Shown one piece after another: positions 29,468 to 44,453 of a stretch of DNA of 64,000 nucleotides. Source of the stretch: Eledone cirrhosa (lineage: Eukaryota); the NCBI GenBank assembly GCA_964016885.1, contig OZ024740.1, positions 349,742,001 through 349,806,000 of the forward strand, read 5' to 3'. The first letter of the stretch is position 1; each line of letters begins with the position of its first letter. Position numbers and translations under genes: made by a program. A model generated the notes under the pieces. It did not search any database and had not been told where the DNA came from. It was given only the letters and a program-made list of their open reading frames with translations.

Positions 29468-30033
29468 TATTGGAGGATTGGCAGTATCGGTAGAGGGTCG
29501 GACGCCATGCTTTGACGCATAGAGTTATGGCCCTTGCCATTCTGAGTTCAAATTCCGCCGAGGTTAACTTTGCCTTTCATCCTTTCGAGGTCGATAAAAT
29601 AAAGTACCAGTAATACACTGGATAATTGCTGGCCTTGTGCCAAATATAGAAACAATTATAAGTATAACCTGCATGGGACTTCTCGCGAACTCGCTACCTA
29701 ACTATGGAAACATCTTGTTGAGTCAAACAAAGCCGTACATTAAAACGATCCACAATACAGAGTACTCACAACCTCTAACTGGATTACCTATAACGATAAC
29801 TTGTTATCCCATATATATATATCTAAAACAAAATTTAATGTAGAAATGGCTTCTACAGGACTAGAACTGTTTCATTCGTAGGAAATCATCAGGGCTTTCC
29901 TGGTGATTTCCTTCGAATGAAACAGTTTTATTCCTGTAGAAGCCATTTCTATATCAATGTTTTTTTTTGTATACACTCTACTAATCTATCGAGTACCTTA
30001 GTAAGCTGTGGTTACCCCCGCTTCAACCCGGGA

Positions 30034-30150
<117 letters not shown>

Positions 30151-30271
30151 AGTAAGGTTGCTTAGATGCATCCATATGCGGTATGCCGGTTGAGCACTCT
30201 ATGCTCCTTCTGAGCAGAGTATGATAATATGGAACACGAAGAAGCAGTGATGCATCGGAACACAATTTATT

Positions 30272-30366
30272 AACGTATTACAAATGTTTCTCCGGCGAAC
30301 AGCTCGAGGTGCGATCTGTTTGTGGATCGAACCTGACTCTGGATTCGCAAGTTCCTCAGATACGTC
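30272..30366 (-). ncRNA. Type I hammerhead with ~62-nt stem II; diverged copy 54190-54286(-)
   Basis: GACGUAU-CUGAGGA..GAAA-CAUUUG-UA-AUACGUU then AAUAAA. Confidence 0.75.
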
Positions 30367-30387
30367 TAGTGATTTCGAAGCAAATCC

Positions 30388-30525
<138 letters not shown>

Positions 30526-30611
30526 GGAAAATTTGAACAGGAACAAAAGAGAGAGGCAGTACAACGAATGTTTATTAATTTCACGCTCTTGAGAGTGGGG
30601 TGGTGGTGGGG

Positions 30612-30645
30612 AACGACGTTTCGGGCATAAGCCCTTCTTCAGGTG
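30612..30645 (-). ncRNA. Minimal hammerhead at 3' end of the Penelope-like element
   Basis: AC-CUGAAGA-A-GGGC UUAU GCCC-GAAA-CG-UC-GU; AATAAA on minus at 30571-30576. Confidence 0.8.
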
Positions 30646-30893
30646 AAAAGTGTGTGGGAAGAGAGTTCAAAGGGTGTATAGGGGAGTGGTGGAGAGACAT
30701 ATAGCGAAAAGGGGGTGGGAGGAAACGGTACGAATGAAATTAAAAATAAAAGCATGATCAAAATAAAATTAAAATGGGGTAAAACATGTGGTGGAAGGGT
30801 GTGGGGCGTGTAGGGGTGGTGGCGGGTGGAGTGGGGAGAGGGAGACGGGGTGTCCGAGCGGGGAGGGCTGAAGGTGGTGTGTGTGTGTAGGTG

Positions 30894-30930
<37 letters not shown>

Positions 30931-32075
30931 AAAGCAAGGGTTGGGGAAAGAACGGGGTTGCATGTTCAGGAAGAGGTGTGTGTGGGGTGGGGTGTAGGTC
31001 GGAGTGTGCGTGCGTGTGTGGAGAGAGGGGTGGGGGGGGGGAGGAATGCGGAGGCTGAATGTGTAAATAAGTGGTGGAATGCACGTGTGTGTGGGGTTTA
31101 AGCGTGTTGTGGGTGTAGGTGGCGAGTGGGGAAACATTTTTTTTTGGGGGGGGGGAGTCGGAAAGGGGATTCCGTAAGAAGATGTGGTGGAAAGGTTGGT
31201 AAAATCTTAGGATGGTAGTTGATTCCGCGGTCAAGGTCCACATACGAGTAATCCGTGAAGAGATTGGTCGGAAGAGGAGAGATGTGGGGTGCGCGCGCAA
31301 CAGGAAGTGGTCAAGGCAGTAGGAGTGCTGTGTGTCTGTGTGTGCTGGGAGGTGGTCAGACAGGCATAGCAGCAGTCGGGTGGAATGGTAAAGGGGCGAG
31401 GATGGGTAGGTGTGAAAGTTGGAGTGAGGAGGGTGTGTGTGTGTATTAGTAGAGGTGTTAGTGGGATGAGTGAGTGTTAGAGAAAGGGTGTGGGTGGGCC
31501 GGGGAGAGAAGGGTGTGGTGGTTGATGGAGGGAGTGTGGTGTACTGGTGTGTGTGTAGTTTGATGAAGGGGGTGTTAGTGGGTGTTAGTATACGGGAGGT
31601 GGAGAAAGGGTTGAATGCGGGTGTGAGTGGGGGTTAGTAGTGGTAGGGTGTGTAGAGTTGGTGGTGTAAGAGGGTGTGTGTGTACGTGTGCGTGGGGTTG
31701 GGGGGTGTTAGTGATGTTAGTTGCGTGTAGGGTGGGTGGTGTAAGTGGGTGCGTGTGTTCGTGTGCTTGGGGTCAGGAGGTGTTAGTGATGTTAGTTGCG
31801 GGGTGGTGGGGTGGATGTGTGGGGGTGAGGGTTCGTGGTGGTAGTAGGGTGTGTGTTTAGTGTGAGCGCGTGTATATATGTGCCGGTGGGTGTGTGCGTG
31901 TGATAAGGAGGGGGGGAGAAGGGAGGGATGTTAGTGTGTTAGTTGGGGAAGGGTGGTCGGATGAGGGATGGAGTGGAGGTGTTAGTATTGTTAGTTGTGG
32001 GGTGGGCGGTGAAAAGGAGGGGTGTGTTAATGGTGTTAGTGGGGGATAAGTGTGGGGGGACGGGGCGGTCGAAGG

Positions 32076-34826
32076 CTAAAGGAATAAGGGTGGGGAGTTC
32101 AGGCCGGGGGGAGTGTGGGTCTGTAAGATGAAGATGGTTCTTTGTTCAACTCTGAGGAGATTGGCGGGTGTTCCGTGGCATTGGAGTAGGCCACAGACTG
32201 TGAGATGGCGTGCGGAATGTCCAGGGGCACCAAAGTGGCGGGCGATGGGGGAACTACCACTGAGACGAATATCCCGGAGGTGCTCGGTGAATCTGTCCGC
32301 CAGGCGACGTCCCGTCTGTCCGACGTAAGTCGCGCTGCACCTCGTGCAGCGAAGTCCGTAGACTAGGTTGGAGGAGGTGCAGCGGAAGGCATGCCGGACA
32401 GAGAGAGAGTGGCCGTTGGGACCCCGGAAGGTGGTGGTGTTGGTGATGTGGGGACAGGTGTTGCAGCGGGGCCTAGAACAGGGAAAGGAACGGGGGGGGG
32501 GGAAGAGAGCGTGGGTTGGGGGGTAGGAAGCTGTGGACGAGGAGGGTGCGGAGATTGCGTGCGCGTTTGAAGGAGGGGAGTGGTCGGGTTGGGAAGATGT
32601 GCGAGGTGGAGGGGTCGGACTGGAGGCGTCGGAAGAGGCGGCGGATGGTGCGGTGGAGGGGTTAGGTGGAGGGGTGGTAGGTGATGGAGAAGGGGAGACG
32701 ATGGGTGGGTGTGCGGTGGCATGGGGTGAGGGTGGTGGAGCGGTGGACAGCACGGGCGCGGGTGAGAGCGGTGTGGACGAGAGAGGGGGGTAACCTCTGC
32801 GGATGAAATGGCTGACTAGGGAAAGGGCCTGGGACTCGAAGTCAGCATCTCGTCTACAGAGGCGGCGGATCCTGAGGAGTTGGGAGTAGGGAATAGAGTG
32901 TTTAGTGTGTGTGGGGTGGGAAGAGGTGAAGTCGAGGTAAGAGTGGGAGTCGGTGGGTTTGAAGAAGGCGGAGGTGACGAGGGAGTGGTGGGAGGGGTCG
33001 AATGCGACAGAGATGTCTAAGAAGTGGACGTGGGTGGTGGAGATAGAGGTGGTGAAGTGGAGGGAGGGGTGGAAGGAGCAGAAGAAGGAGAGAAAGGAGT
33101 CGAGCTGTTCTCGGGTGAGGGTTGTGGCTCCGATACAGTCGTCGATGTAACGACCGTACAGTTCGGGCGTGGGGCCGGTTTACTGGGCAAAAATTTGGAC
33201 CTCAACATGGCCAACAAAAAGGTTAGCATAGTTTGGGCCCATTCTTGTACCCATGGCTGCCCCCGTGACCTGTTGGTAAAACTCACCCGAGAAGGAGAAA
33301 CAATTGAGGGTGAGGACCAGCTCGGCGAGGCGAAGGAGGGTGGGGTGGAGGGAATGGGGGAGGGGCGAAGGTCGAGGTAGAGTTTGAGGGCGCGTAGACC
33401 GTCGGCGTGGGGGATGACGGTATAGAGGGACTTGATGTCTAGGGTGAAGAGGAAGGGCTGTGGGCCGGGTGGGTAGGTGAAGGAGTCGAAAAGGCACAGT
33501 GCGTGGTTGGTGTCGGAGATGTGGGAGGGGAGGGTGGTGACAAGGGGGACGAGGATGGAGTCGAGAAAGGCGGAGATGAGTTCGGTGGGGCAGTTGCAAG
33601 CGGAGACGATGGGGTGGCCGGGGTTGTCGGGTTTGTGGAGTTTGGGGAGGAAGTGGGGGGGGAGACAAGGTGTTGGATGGTGGAGGAAACTTGTTGTTGG
33701 TAGAGGGGTGTGGGATCGGAGGGTAGAGGGCGGTAGAAGAGGGGGTTACGGAGCTGCCTGAGGGCTTCGGCCGTGTAGAGGTTCGCGCATCACACCACCA
33801 CGGCGCCTCCCTTGTCCGCCGGTTATTGTTGGTAGAGGGGTGTGGGATCGGAGGGTAGAGGGCGGTAGAAGAGGGGGTTACGGAGCTGCCTGAGGGCTTC
33901 GACCGTGTAGAGGTCCGCGCGCCACACCACCACGGCGCCTCCCTTGTCTGCCGGTTTGATGACGATGTCATCTCGGCTACGGAGGGAGCGGAGGGCGAGG
34001 AGTTCGCCCCGTGAGATATTCCGTTTGGAACGGTGGCGGAAGTTGAAACGATTTACGGCGCTACGGTTGGCATCGACGAACGCGTCCAGGGTGCTAAATT
34101 GCCCTGGGGCCGGCGTCCAAGAAGATGGTCGTCGGCCCAGGGCGAGAAACGGGTCTGGGGCGTCCGGAGCCGGTGGCGTTCGGTCGAAATGTGCCTGTAG
34201 CTTCGTGCGTCGCACGAATCGCTCGACTTCCGTTCGGGTGCGGAACTCGTCGCTGTGCGGAGTGTGGGGTATGAAGCGAAGGCCTCTACTAAGGAGTGAG
34301 CGCTCAGGTGCGGAGAGATGGAGGTCAGGGGGTATGGTGACAACAAGTGGTGGGGTTTGGGTGTGTGGGGGGAAGGAAGGGTGTGGTGAGGGGTGAGGTG
34401 GAGGGTGGAGATAGGGTAGGGGTGTGGGTCGAGGGAGGGGTGGAGAGTGGTGGGCTCAAGGGGATGGGCGGGTGGTGGTGGATGGGGGTGGTTGGGAGGA
34501 GTGAGTGTAGCTTGCGGGCTTTGGTGGAGCTGAGGAAGGAGAAGAGGTTGTGGTTGAGGTTTTGGATGAATGAGAGGATGGCTTGGGCGAGGAGGGGGTG
34601 GCAGGAGGAGTTAAGGCGGAGGAGGGTGGGGGTCAGTTGGTGGTCAAGTTGGCGGAGGGTGGAACGGGAGGCGCGGATGGAGTTGCGCATCAGGAGGCGT
34701 GAGGATCGGATGAGGATACGTTGCGTGGAGGGGGAATGGCGGGGGAAGGGTGGAAGTGTAGACGGAGGCCGAGGGGGATAAGGTGGAGGCGGAGGCAGTG
34801 GCTCAGGAAATGGATGTGGCTGGAAT
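32076..34826 (-). pseudogene. Disrupted RT + GIY-YIG endonuclease ORF
   Basis: ORF pieces 34325-34690, 33823-34215, 33180-33971, 32076-32753 lie in different frames; 132-bp tandem duplication. Confidence 0.9.
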
Positions 34827-34911
34827 ATATATATATATATAAAATAAAATAAAATAAAATAAAATAAAATAAAATAAAATAAAATAAAATAAAAAAATAA
34901 AATAATAAGAT

Positions 34912-34958
<47 letters not shown>

Positions 34959-35661
34959 TATTATGTTATTATCTTATTATTTCATGCTTAAGGGGTCGAT
35001 AAAAAATAAAGTACCAGTAATGAACTGCAAAAATTGCTGGCCTTGTGCCTAAAGTAGAAACAATTATTTTATTTTATTTTATTTTTTTTTTTATATATTT
35101 TTTTTAAATATTTTATTTCTTCATTTTACTTTATCTTATTTCATTATCTGTTTGGCACCTCCCACCACGTGAAAGGGTGGTAGGATTGATGCCAACCCAC
35201 ACACACTCATTCTTCTAAAGACAGCAGCAGTAGAAATAAGGCTCACCTGCCAGCTGACCCCCTAACACCAATAAACACAAGGGAGGAGGTCAGCTGTACT
35301 TAACAAAAACACCCACAACAGATTGTCTTGCCTCAGAAAAAAATTTCTATAGACTTTTGACTGAGGAATATTCTCACAACTGACCAATGGGAGGTGAGAG
35401 TGTCCTATGATGCCGAAATTCGTTTGTTCGAATTCATATGATTCCAGTTCTTCAGGGAAATAACAACCCAACCTGGAGCTGGACATATCGGAGTATTGAC
35501 GGAGTAAAACACTTTAACATGTGTACCTGTCTCTACAACACCAACTGAAGAGGTCACAGCCAATGGTGGCTGTCACAGAAATATATATAGCAGTACATCT
35601 TTAATAAACGAAGCCAAATTTTAAATATTTGACTTAATTACTTTATTTTATATATATATAT

Positions 35662-36181
35662 GTAGATAAATCTACCAAGAGTTTACGGTGGTGTCCAATC
35701 CGTATGAAGAACTCAATGTAATCCGGATATCATGGAAAGAAGAGATGCATTCAAAAATCACTTTCGGTGAAAGATAAACGGAATACAGAGTCAAGATAAA
35801 ATATTAAAAAAATAATGAATAAAACAATGAAACAGTTCATTATATTAAACAAAAAAAAGTTCATTATTTAACGATCGTTTCTAGGACATATATGTGTTAG
35901 AATTGGCATGCATATTCAACAGATCTATGTACAAAATTATACAAAATTATACAAACTATCAAATTTAATATACATACCAACACATATATATGCCGTCTTC
36001 AGAAATAATGAATGTATATTAAATTTGATAGTTTGTATAATTTTGTATAATTTTGTACATAGATCTGTTGAATATGCATGCCAATTCTAACACATATATG
36101 TCCTAGAAACGATCGTTAAATAATGAACTTTTTTTGTTTAATATAAGGAACTGTTTCATTGTTTTATTCATTATTTTTTTA

Positions 36182-36190
<9 letters not shown>
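35662..36190. mobile_element. Hairpin cassette with giant-stem-II hammerhead (minus 35861-36011)
   Basis: UCAUUAUUU-CUGAAGA-~115 nt-GAAA-CGAUCG-UU-AAAUAAUGA; close copy 49503-50064. Confidence 0.8.
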
Positions 36191-36226
<36 letters not shown>

Positions 36227-36559
36227 GCGGTGCCCCAGCATGGCCTCAGCCGGATGGCTGGAACAGGTAAAAGAGTATATGTATGTATATATAAGTAGAT
36301 ATATATAGAGAGAGACAAAATATACTCCAAAAATGTATACACACAGGCAATATTTATTAGAATGCTGTTAAAGTGTGTATACATTTTTGGGGACACTCTG
36401 TATAAAGGATGGTTTTCCGAAAGAGATCGGGACAAAAACACAGTTATAGAAGGGACTCAATATGTTCGTAGACAGGAAGCATACATATTTTATATAGAGA
36501 TGACTTTATATAGATTAGAACTGTTTCTTTCGTATGAAATCATCAGAAATGTCCATAGA

Positions 36560-39500
36560 TAGATATATTTCTTTATTAGCCACAAGGGCACACAAGAAAA
36601 GGAGACAAAACAAAGACATGCCGGGGATTTTACATACAATCGTGTAAAAAATATAAAACAAACAATTATAACAATCTAAATCCCCAATAGGGGGGAGGCC
36701 CCACAAATGGGTTGTTTATTACTCCGTCGATAGAACAACCCCCAACTCCAGGAGCGTGTTGTGCAAGTGCCCCTTTCTTCATTTTGCTCTCTTCTTCAAC
36801 CGACAGGTTTATATACAGAGAAGGCCCAATCACTCGGGCCATTTTTGCCACATTCACCCACCTTTCAGTAAATTTACTGTGATGCAGTGCCTCTCTCTCC
36901 ATTCTAATTCTCCTTCTAAAGTGGTATCTAAAGAAGGGAATGAGTTGTTGTCCAGAGAGAAAGGCATCTGTCCTCAGTCCTCTCAATCTCGTCCATCATA
37001 TAACCTCTTTCACCATAGCCACTATACAGAGGAAAACCGCCTCTCTTTCGTTTTTGAAAGAAGTTGGCGGTTTGATCCTTACTATGGACTCGGCAGTCAA
37101 CTGGATTTGTCTACGCGACAGCTGTTGTTCCGCGTAGTTCCACAGGTCGGTTACGCCCGGGCAGTGTACAATTGCGTGCAGGACGGTTTCAATGTCCTGC
37201 GCGCATCTTGGACACGTCCTCTTGGAAGGAACCCTTGGAAGGGCGTCCGTGCCTGTAGATCTTGTCACGAACTGGTAGAGCTCCTCGGTAGCACTGCCAG
37301 GTCAGGGACCTCTGGAAGTTGTCCATAGGTCCCGAGCGGAAAGTCCTACCAAACAGACTGGTGAGCTCATCGTCTTCGACGCCCAGAGTCTCTCAGAGCG
37401 TGTCGTTGCCCTTGTAACGTACAATCCCTCTATAGAATGTCGAAGTGAAGTCTCCACTGATTGCTCTGCTCGCTTGACAGAGGACTGTGAGCGCCTGGGC
37501 GCATTCAATGTGCCAGGCGCCCATCTTCTTCAGTCTTCGCTTCACCCAGGACTGCAGCTCCGTCAGCGAGACAAGTTGTGGGAAGGCCTGTCTCACAAAC
37601 GGTGCCCACACCGGTTGGTCGGTGAGGAATACCTCGAGCAGATGCTGGTGTGCATCGCCTTGATCCAGCCCTTGAAAACGGGACCGAAACCGGCCGCCTT
37701 GAGAACTGCTTCCAAGTAACGATGGTTGACCCTATCGAATGCCTTAGACTGATCTAAATTGATCAGAGCCCCACCGAAGCACGGTTTACACCCCACCCTC
37801 TCTGTGATGTATCGCATGAGGTGGAGGTTGTCGTGTATGGACCTGGTCGGTATTTTGCGCTTTCCCTAACAGGTTTTCGACGACAAGCGCCAGCCTCGTT
37901 GCTAGCACCTTGGCCAAAATCTTTAACTCTGTGTTGAGCAGAATTAAGGGCCTGAAATTGTTTATTTCGTCCCCCTTGTTCTCGTCTTTCCTGATCAGTG
38001 TTACTACGCCCTTGCCTGCAGAACTGGGAATTGTCCCGTCCTGCTGCCAATTGCAGTAGACGGCTTCGAGGACGCCAGAAAACAAGTCCGACATGCCTAT
38101 GTAAAACTCATAGGGTAGACCATCTAGACCGCGTGATTTGCGTTTCCCGCAGCGGCCCAGAGCGTCCCGTATCTCAGTGACTGTGATCGGTTTTTCGCAG
38201 AACTCGGCGTCCATGCTCGAGAGACGCGGCAGGCCGTCGAGGTATGAACCAAAGTCCATTGCTCCGTTCGATGCACCGTCGTTCTGCTCAAACAGTCGCG
38301 CAAAGTGCCGCGCACATCTGCTTGGGGTTAAGTAGCACGCGTCCGTTATGGTCTTTCAAAGACCGAATCGAGGACTTGTTGCCACTTTTTGCTTCCGCCG
38401 TCGGGCCCAGCTAACAGCTGTTGCTCCCTCGTTTCCTAGAGCACGTGATTTAATTCCGACCACGCAGCCTTCGTGTTTCGCGTCGAAGAACTGGTCCAGT
38501 GCCGTTCTCGATGCTAGCACTCTAGCTGCGTTGCCACTCCTAAGCGCCTTTTCTACTTTGGCTACTAGTTCTGTTTCTGATTTGTTTTTTTCTAAAGCTA
38601 ATTCTCTGCTAAACCCTATCGATTCTACTCTAATCGCTCTCTTGAGAGAGTACCATCATCTATTGTTGACGATGGCCCTCGTCAACTCTTGCTTAACTAA
38701 TCTACTTATCCGTTCACTGTAGGTTTTTCGTGCCGGCAACGACAGGTTCAGCTTCCAGTATCCGGGTCCTTGTCTATGTATTCTATCACGGTTGACTATG
38801 CAGACGACTAGTTTGTGATCAGAATAGGCAACCATGTGCATTTGTGGACAGCTTAACATCTTCTTGTCCTTTTCTCTAATGAAAAACCTATCTAGATACG
38901 ATCTAGATGTCCCGCTGAAGTTTGCCCACGTCCACTGTGGTGCAGTCAGGAAATCTAATCGATATCTATCGGCCAGTTGGAATTGGCAGATTAGACTTTT
39001 GAGGCTGTTGCACCCCGCTCTACTGGGACATGCTCCCACATAATCCCATCGTGCATCTAGGATACCATTCCAGTCCCCCACTAAAAGCAAGGAGCGAGAC
39101 ATTCCCAGAAAAGACTCTAGATGCTTAAAGAAGTCTAGCCGCGATTGTGATTGCCCGGTCGGGGCATAAACGGCCACCAGTCTGAAGGCTCCACCTCCAA
39201 TACTGTTCACGTCTAGGACTACCAGTCTATCCTCCGGGTCCAAGTGTACTTGCTGTACTTTTGAGATCCAGGTTTTTCCGAAACATGACAGTCACTCTCC
39301 CTCCACCTCCCGGCTGACAGAGAGATGCGTAGATCTGAAAGTCATTGAAAATGGGGGTTAGTTGCTGCCTGTTGTGGATCCTGGACTCGGTGATGGCTAT
39401 TACATCTATACCGTGTGACCTAAGGTCGTTTAAAAGTTGGCCCTGTTTCCAGGGCATCCCTAGGCCAAGCCCATTCACGCTTCCAACTCGTAAGTCAGCC

Positions 39501-40340
39501 ATGTTGGTGGAGAAGAGTTGGCGAAAAGGACGAAAAGGTGCACTTACCTTTTCGTTTCCTGGAGATCGGGTTGTTCAATCTCCATTTCAGTTTTGGTGGG
39601 GGTGTTGAGTGGGGTGGGGAAACAGTTCAACAGGACACGGTCTATTGGATTTTGGCAGGGGTTGCTAACGTCCTGTGAAAACTGTTCTTTCAATTTCTGA
39701 TAGGTTTCTATCGAAACCCTTATTAGTTTTAGGTGTGGTTAAGACTTTCTACTTTGGGGTCTTGGGAGATGACCTCCATTAGGTTTTTGTTGTTTGTGTT
39801 AATGTATGTGTATTGTTTTTTTTTTGTTTTTTTGTGTTGTTTTGGTTTGTTCATTTTGTAGTTTTCTTTTTATAGTGGGCATTTGTTTTTTGGGGGGTGT
39901 TGGTGTTTGTTTTGTAGGCTGGGGGGGGGGTAATTGTGGTGGTGTTTGTGTTGTTGTTTGTGTTGGTGGTTGTGTGTTCGTGTTGGTGATTGTTGTTTTT
40001 TGTGGCTTTGTGGTGTCTCTTTTTTTGTTTTTTTTTATTTACGAGGCTCTCCTTCATCTTCACTTGGGGATGGAGAAGTAGTCTCGTCTGGTGATGAATC
40101 GTCATCAGGGGCGTGTGAGAGGGGTGTGTTGTGTGGTGATGGTGTGTTTGTGTGTGTGATTGTGGTAGTGCTGGATGGAGTGGGATGGGGTGGGACTGTG
40201 TTTTTCAGGGGAATTGTTTGTGTTTTTTCTGTTGTTTGTGGTTGAACAGTTGTTTGTTTTTGTGTGTTTGCTTGTTTTGTGTGTTGTTGTTGTTGTTGTT
40301 GTATAGGCAGATAGATAGACTCAGAGACACACAGACACAC
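36560..40340 (-). mobile_element. Tx1/L1-clade LINE: ORF1 remnant, APE endonuclease, partial RT, C-terminal CCHC; RT core deleted
   Basis: VGSVNG..DVIAITES, LVAVYAP, VGDWN, SYLDR, SDHK, GPGYWKLN, GLDGLPYEFY, NFRPLILLN, LDQSKAFDRVNH, CPRC..ETVLHAIVHC; AATAAA plus (TATC)n tail. Confidence 0.92.
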
Positions 40341-40540
40341 AAATAGATAGATAGAGAGAGAGAGATGTTAGGCTTATTTTCCTAAGAGATATATATGGTG
40401 AAAGGTAACAGTAGTTGACCACTGACCAACTTGTCAACACTGCGAGAGGTGAAGAAAGAAAGAGAGAGAGAAAGAGAGAGAGTGACAGTGAGATAGAGAG
40501 AGGGAGTGAGAGTGAGATAGAGATAGATAGATAGATAGAT

Positions 40541-40600
<60 letters not shown>

Positions 40601-41492
40601 ATGAGGAGAAGTATATGTCAAATTATCATTTTCTTGTCAAATTTAGCACAATGTGATTGACGCGTGACCCTTGTCATTTCTATAATAATACATATGCATA
40701 CGTACATACATACATACATGAGTTCCTCCGCCCTTTGTACATACATACATACATACATACATACATACATACATACATACATACATACATACATACATAC
40801 ATACATACATACATGATGGCTGCTCCCTCGTTACCGAGTATGGCCATTGAACGATATAACATTATTTACAGGGTCGGACGCCGTGCTTTGCAGCACAGTT
40901 ACACCCCTTTAAGGACTGAGTTTAAATCCCGCTGAGATTAACTTTGCCTTTCATCCTTACGGGGTCGATAAAATAAAGTACCAGTAATGTACTGAGTAAT
41001 TGCTGGCCTTGTGCCAAAAGTAGAAACAATTATTAATAATTATCACTTAATGCTATCATGCAATGCCTGTGCATGAAGATATTTTCAAGTGAGGAAAGAC
41101 TGTGCACTGAGCCAATCCCACTCTCTGAGCGACTGTAGCTATAACCCGAAAAAGAAGCAAACATCAACATCATCGGTAACTACTGAGCCGCAGGTTTTAT
41201 GTTGGAGTTATCCCAGTTTCCTGAGATGCCTTCTAGAAGAATGTACTGACAAAGGCTAAGGGTTCTTCACTCCCAGTGGTTTAACCGCGCGGTCGAGTAT
41301 CCAGCCTAATTATTTCTATCCCCGCGCATATACACGCATATGTATACATGTATATACTCATATATATATACATATTTATACATATTTACACATACATACA
41401 TACATAGATACATACATACACACATACATACATACATACATACATACATACATACATACATACATACATACATACATACATACATGTGTGTG

Positions 41493-42326
41493 CAGGGCCA
41501 GATTTAGACCAGAGGGGGGGGGGCTGTCCACCGCAGGCCTGGTGTCACCCCACTTATACAACAATTATAATACACAGCACACCCACAAAACCATACATCA
41601 CCCTTGCTTATTGCATGTAATTGGAATTGACAAGTTATACATACAAATGTTAAATGCCAAAAACTGACCAGTAATACATAAATGTAATATGGAAATAGAG
41701 ATACATGCATAAACGTTAAATGGAAATATACATAATATATAGCGAATAGGTAAATGTTAAATGTTATATATAAATGTTGACAAGTTAGTGTCAAGGCTGT
41801 CGCAAAGGTTTTAGAAAATATACTAAAAGCTTAGGCCAAAACGTATCAAATCCACCATAATAAGGTTAAACGCATTTATCAATGCAAAATGTTACTTAAA
41901 ATAAGTACAGTAAATTATAACTACTTATAGTGATATGCATCACTATTACCTACAAAAAGTCTTTCTTTCCACATCTGAAAATTTTTTAATGAACTCACCA
42001 CACTCTTCAGAAAAATACTCTCAACATACTGTAAGCCAGTCATGTGCACCTGCGCACAGCGAAGCTTTCTGAATGGCTCGCCTAAGTCACCTAAGTGAAA
42101 TCTTTCTGATTTTTTTACGCTAACTTTTCAGTCGTAATTTATCTTTCTATCATTTTTACAATCGAGGAAAACAACGTGTACGAATTCTGAAGAAACAAAT
42201 CAAAACAACCTGAATTACCGCCCTAGTTTTTAATGTGGGCACGAATATAAATTAGCGCTTGTGGCCCGCCGGATGATGAGCCATATCTCATGCGGCCCGC
42301 TTCTTGAAAAAGGCTGCCCATGCCTG
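41493..42326. mobile_element. Possible non-autonomous hAT-type DNA transposon remnant(s)
   Basis: CAGGGCCAGATTTA start; GCGGCCCGC..GGCTGCCCATGCCTG end; no TSD confirmed. Confidence 0.4.
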
Positions 42327-42644
42327 CTGTAAGCAAAGAAAACTTTTTATCTATGTATGAGGTAAACTAAATAATTTCATTATGCCTTTGAACATATGTA
42401 TTAATTCATATGCTAACCTGCATTTTTGTAAGGTAACGGAGAACTGATCTAAAATGATATTAAGGCATTTAAGTTTGTCTCTTGGGGAACAAACAATTTT
42501 CTCTGATATTGATGTTGGATTTGCATTATGTTGGCCTACCAGTTGTTGCTTTGTAGTTGGTGATGGTTCAGATGTTCTTGGCTTTCAGTTTTAACACCTC
42601 ATACCTATCCCGAAAGGAGTTTAGAAGCTTACAGACGACGGGGG

Positions 42645-43085
42645 CTGGTCATGGATAAAAGAATGTGCCCCAGTTACGTCCACTTATTCATCGGCTATGC
42701 TGAGGCCCAAATCTTTTCCCAACACTCTGGCCATCCCCTGAGTTATACAGACGTTACGTTAATGACTGCATCACCGCAACCGCACTCACTCGAGCACAGC
42801 TCGATTTCCTCCTCTCTTTCTTTTACTTCCGCACCACCAATGACTTCACCTCCTCTATCTCCACCACTTCCGCTCACTTCCTGGACGTCTGTCTCCATTG
42901 ACCCCTCCCATCACTCCCTAATCACCTCCGCCTCCTTTGAACCCAACGATTCCCACTCCTACCTCAACTTCACCTCCTCCCACCCATCCCACACCAAACA
43001 CTCTAACACCTACTCACAATTTCTCTGTCTCCGTCATCTGTGTAGTCGAACCCATGATTTTAAGATTCAGGCTAAATACATGGTT
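42645..43085 (+). mobile_element. Diverged Neptune-type Penelope RT fragment
   Basis: MCPSYVHLFIGYAEAQIF; FEPNDSHSYLNFTSSHPSHTKHS..YSQFLCLRHLCS, collinear with 32830-33260. Confidence 0.9.
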
Positions 43086-43880
43086 AGACACAATACAAAT
43101 ATCCACTCCATCTGCATTGTCCAAAAATGTCAAGCCTCCTCCTCCTACAAAACAATATTGCGACCATATATTCTCACTTGTTTGGAGTCTTTTCTCTCAC
43201 TCGCCATATTTAAAAGGCGCGACTCTATTTGTTAGAATACACTTCATGTGTCCCCATCAGGCATTTTCGCTTCCAACCATTGTTTATACACGAATGACCT
43301 TGGGATTTGCACCTAGAAAGTTGCCCTCTGAGGCACAAGTCCGGACAAAGTTGTTTGTAGAAGACCAGCAGCCACCCATGCATACCAGTCTCCTCTCTCC
43401 ACGTCACCGATGTTATCCAAATGAAAGGCAAAGGCGGATACAGTTTGTCATCAATGACGTCGCAACTCATTTCTACAGTTGAGTGAACTGGAACAACGTG
43501 AAATAAAGTGTCTTGCTTAAGAACACAACGCAAAGCTCGGTCCGAGAAACGAACCCACAACCTCATGATTGTAAGCCAGACGCTCTAACCACTAAGTCAT
43601 GCGCCTACACATGTTATATATATAATTAAGAATGATGTTCTGAAAGGGGTGTACCAAAGAGAAATAGAGTTAAATAGAAGTTATTTGGGATTAGAGGACT
43701 AAGTAGAAACTTGGAAGTCACGGCCACTTTTCTTCTTAGAAAATATATTTCTGCACTCTAATCAACAGTATTGAGTGCTAATTTTGTTAATGTTTAGTGT
43801 TTTAAATACTACGCTATTTTTTTTAAAATACATACAGTAACACACACACACACATATATATATATACATATACATACATA

Positions 43881-44175
<295 letters not shown>

Positions 44176-44362
44176 GTTATTCCGGGTTGAATCGGAGGTA
44201 ACCACAGTAAGTAAGGTACTCAATACATAGCAGAGTATAACAGTTTTAATATAGAAGAGATTCTACAGGACTAGAACTGTTTCATTCATTAGAAATCATC
44301 GATTCCTGATGATTTCTAATGAATGAAACAGTTCTAGTCCTGTAGAATCTCTTCTATATTAA

Positions 44363-44453
<91 letters not shown>

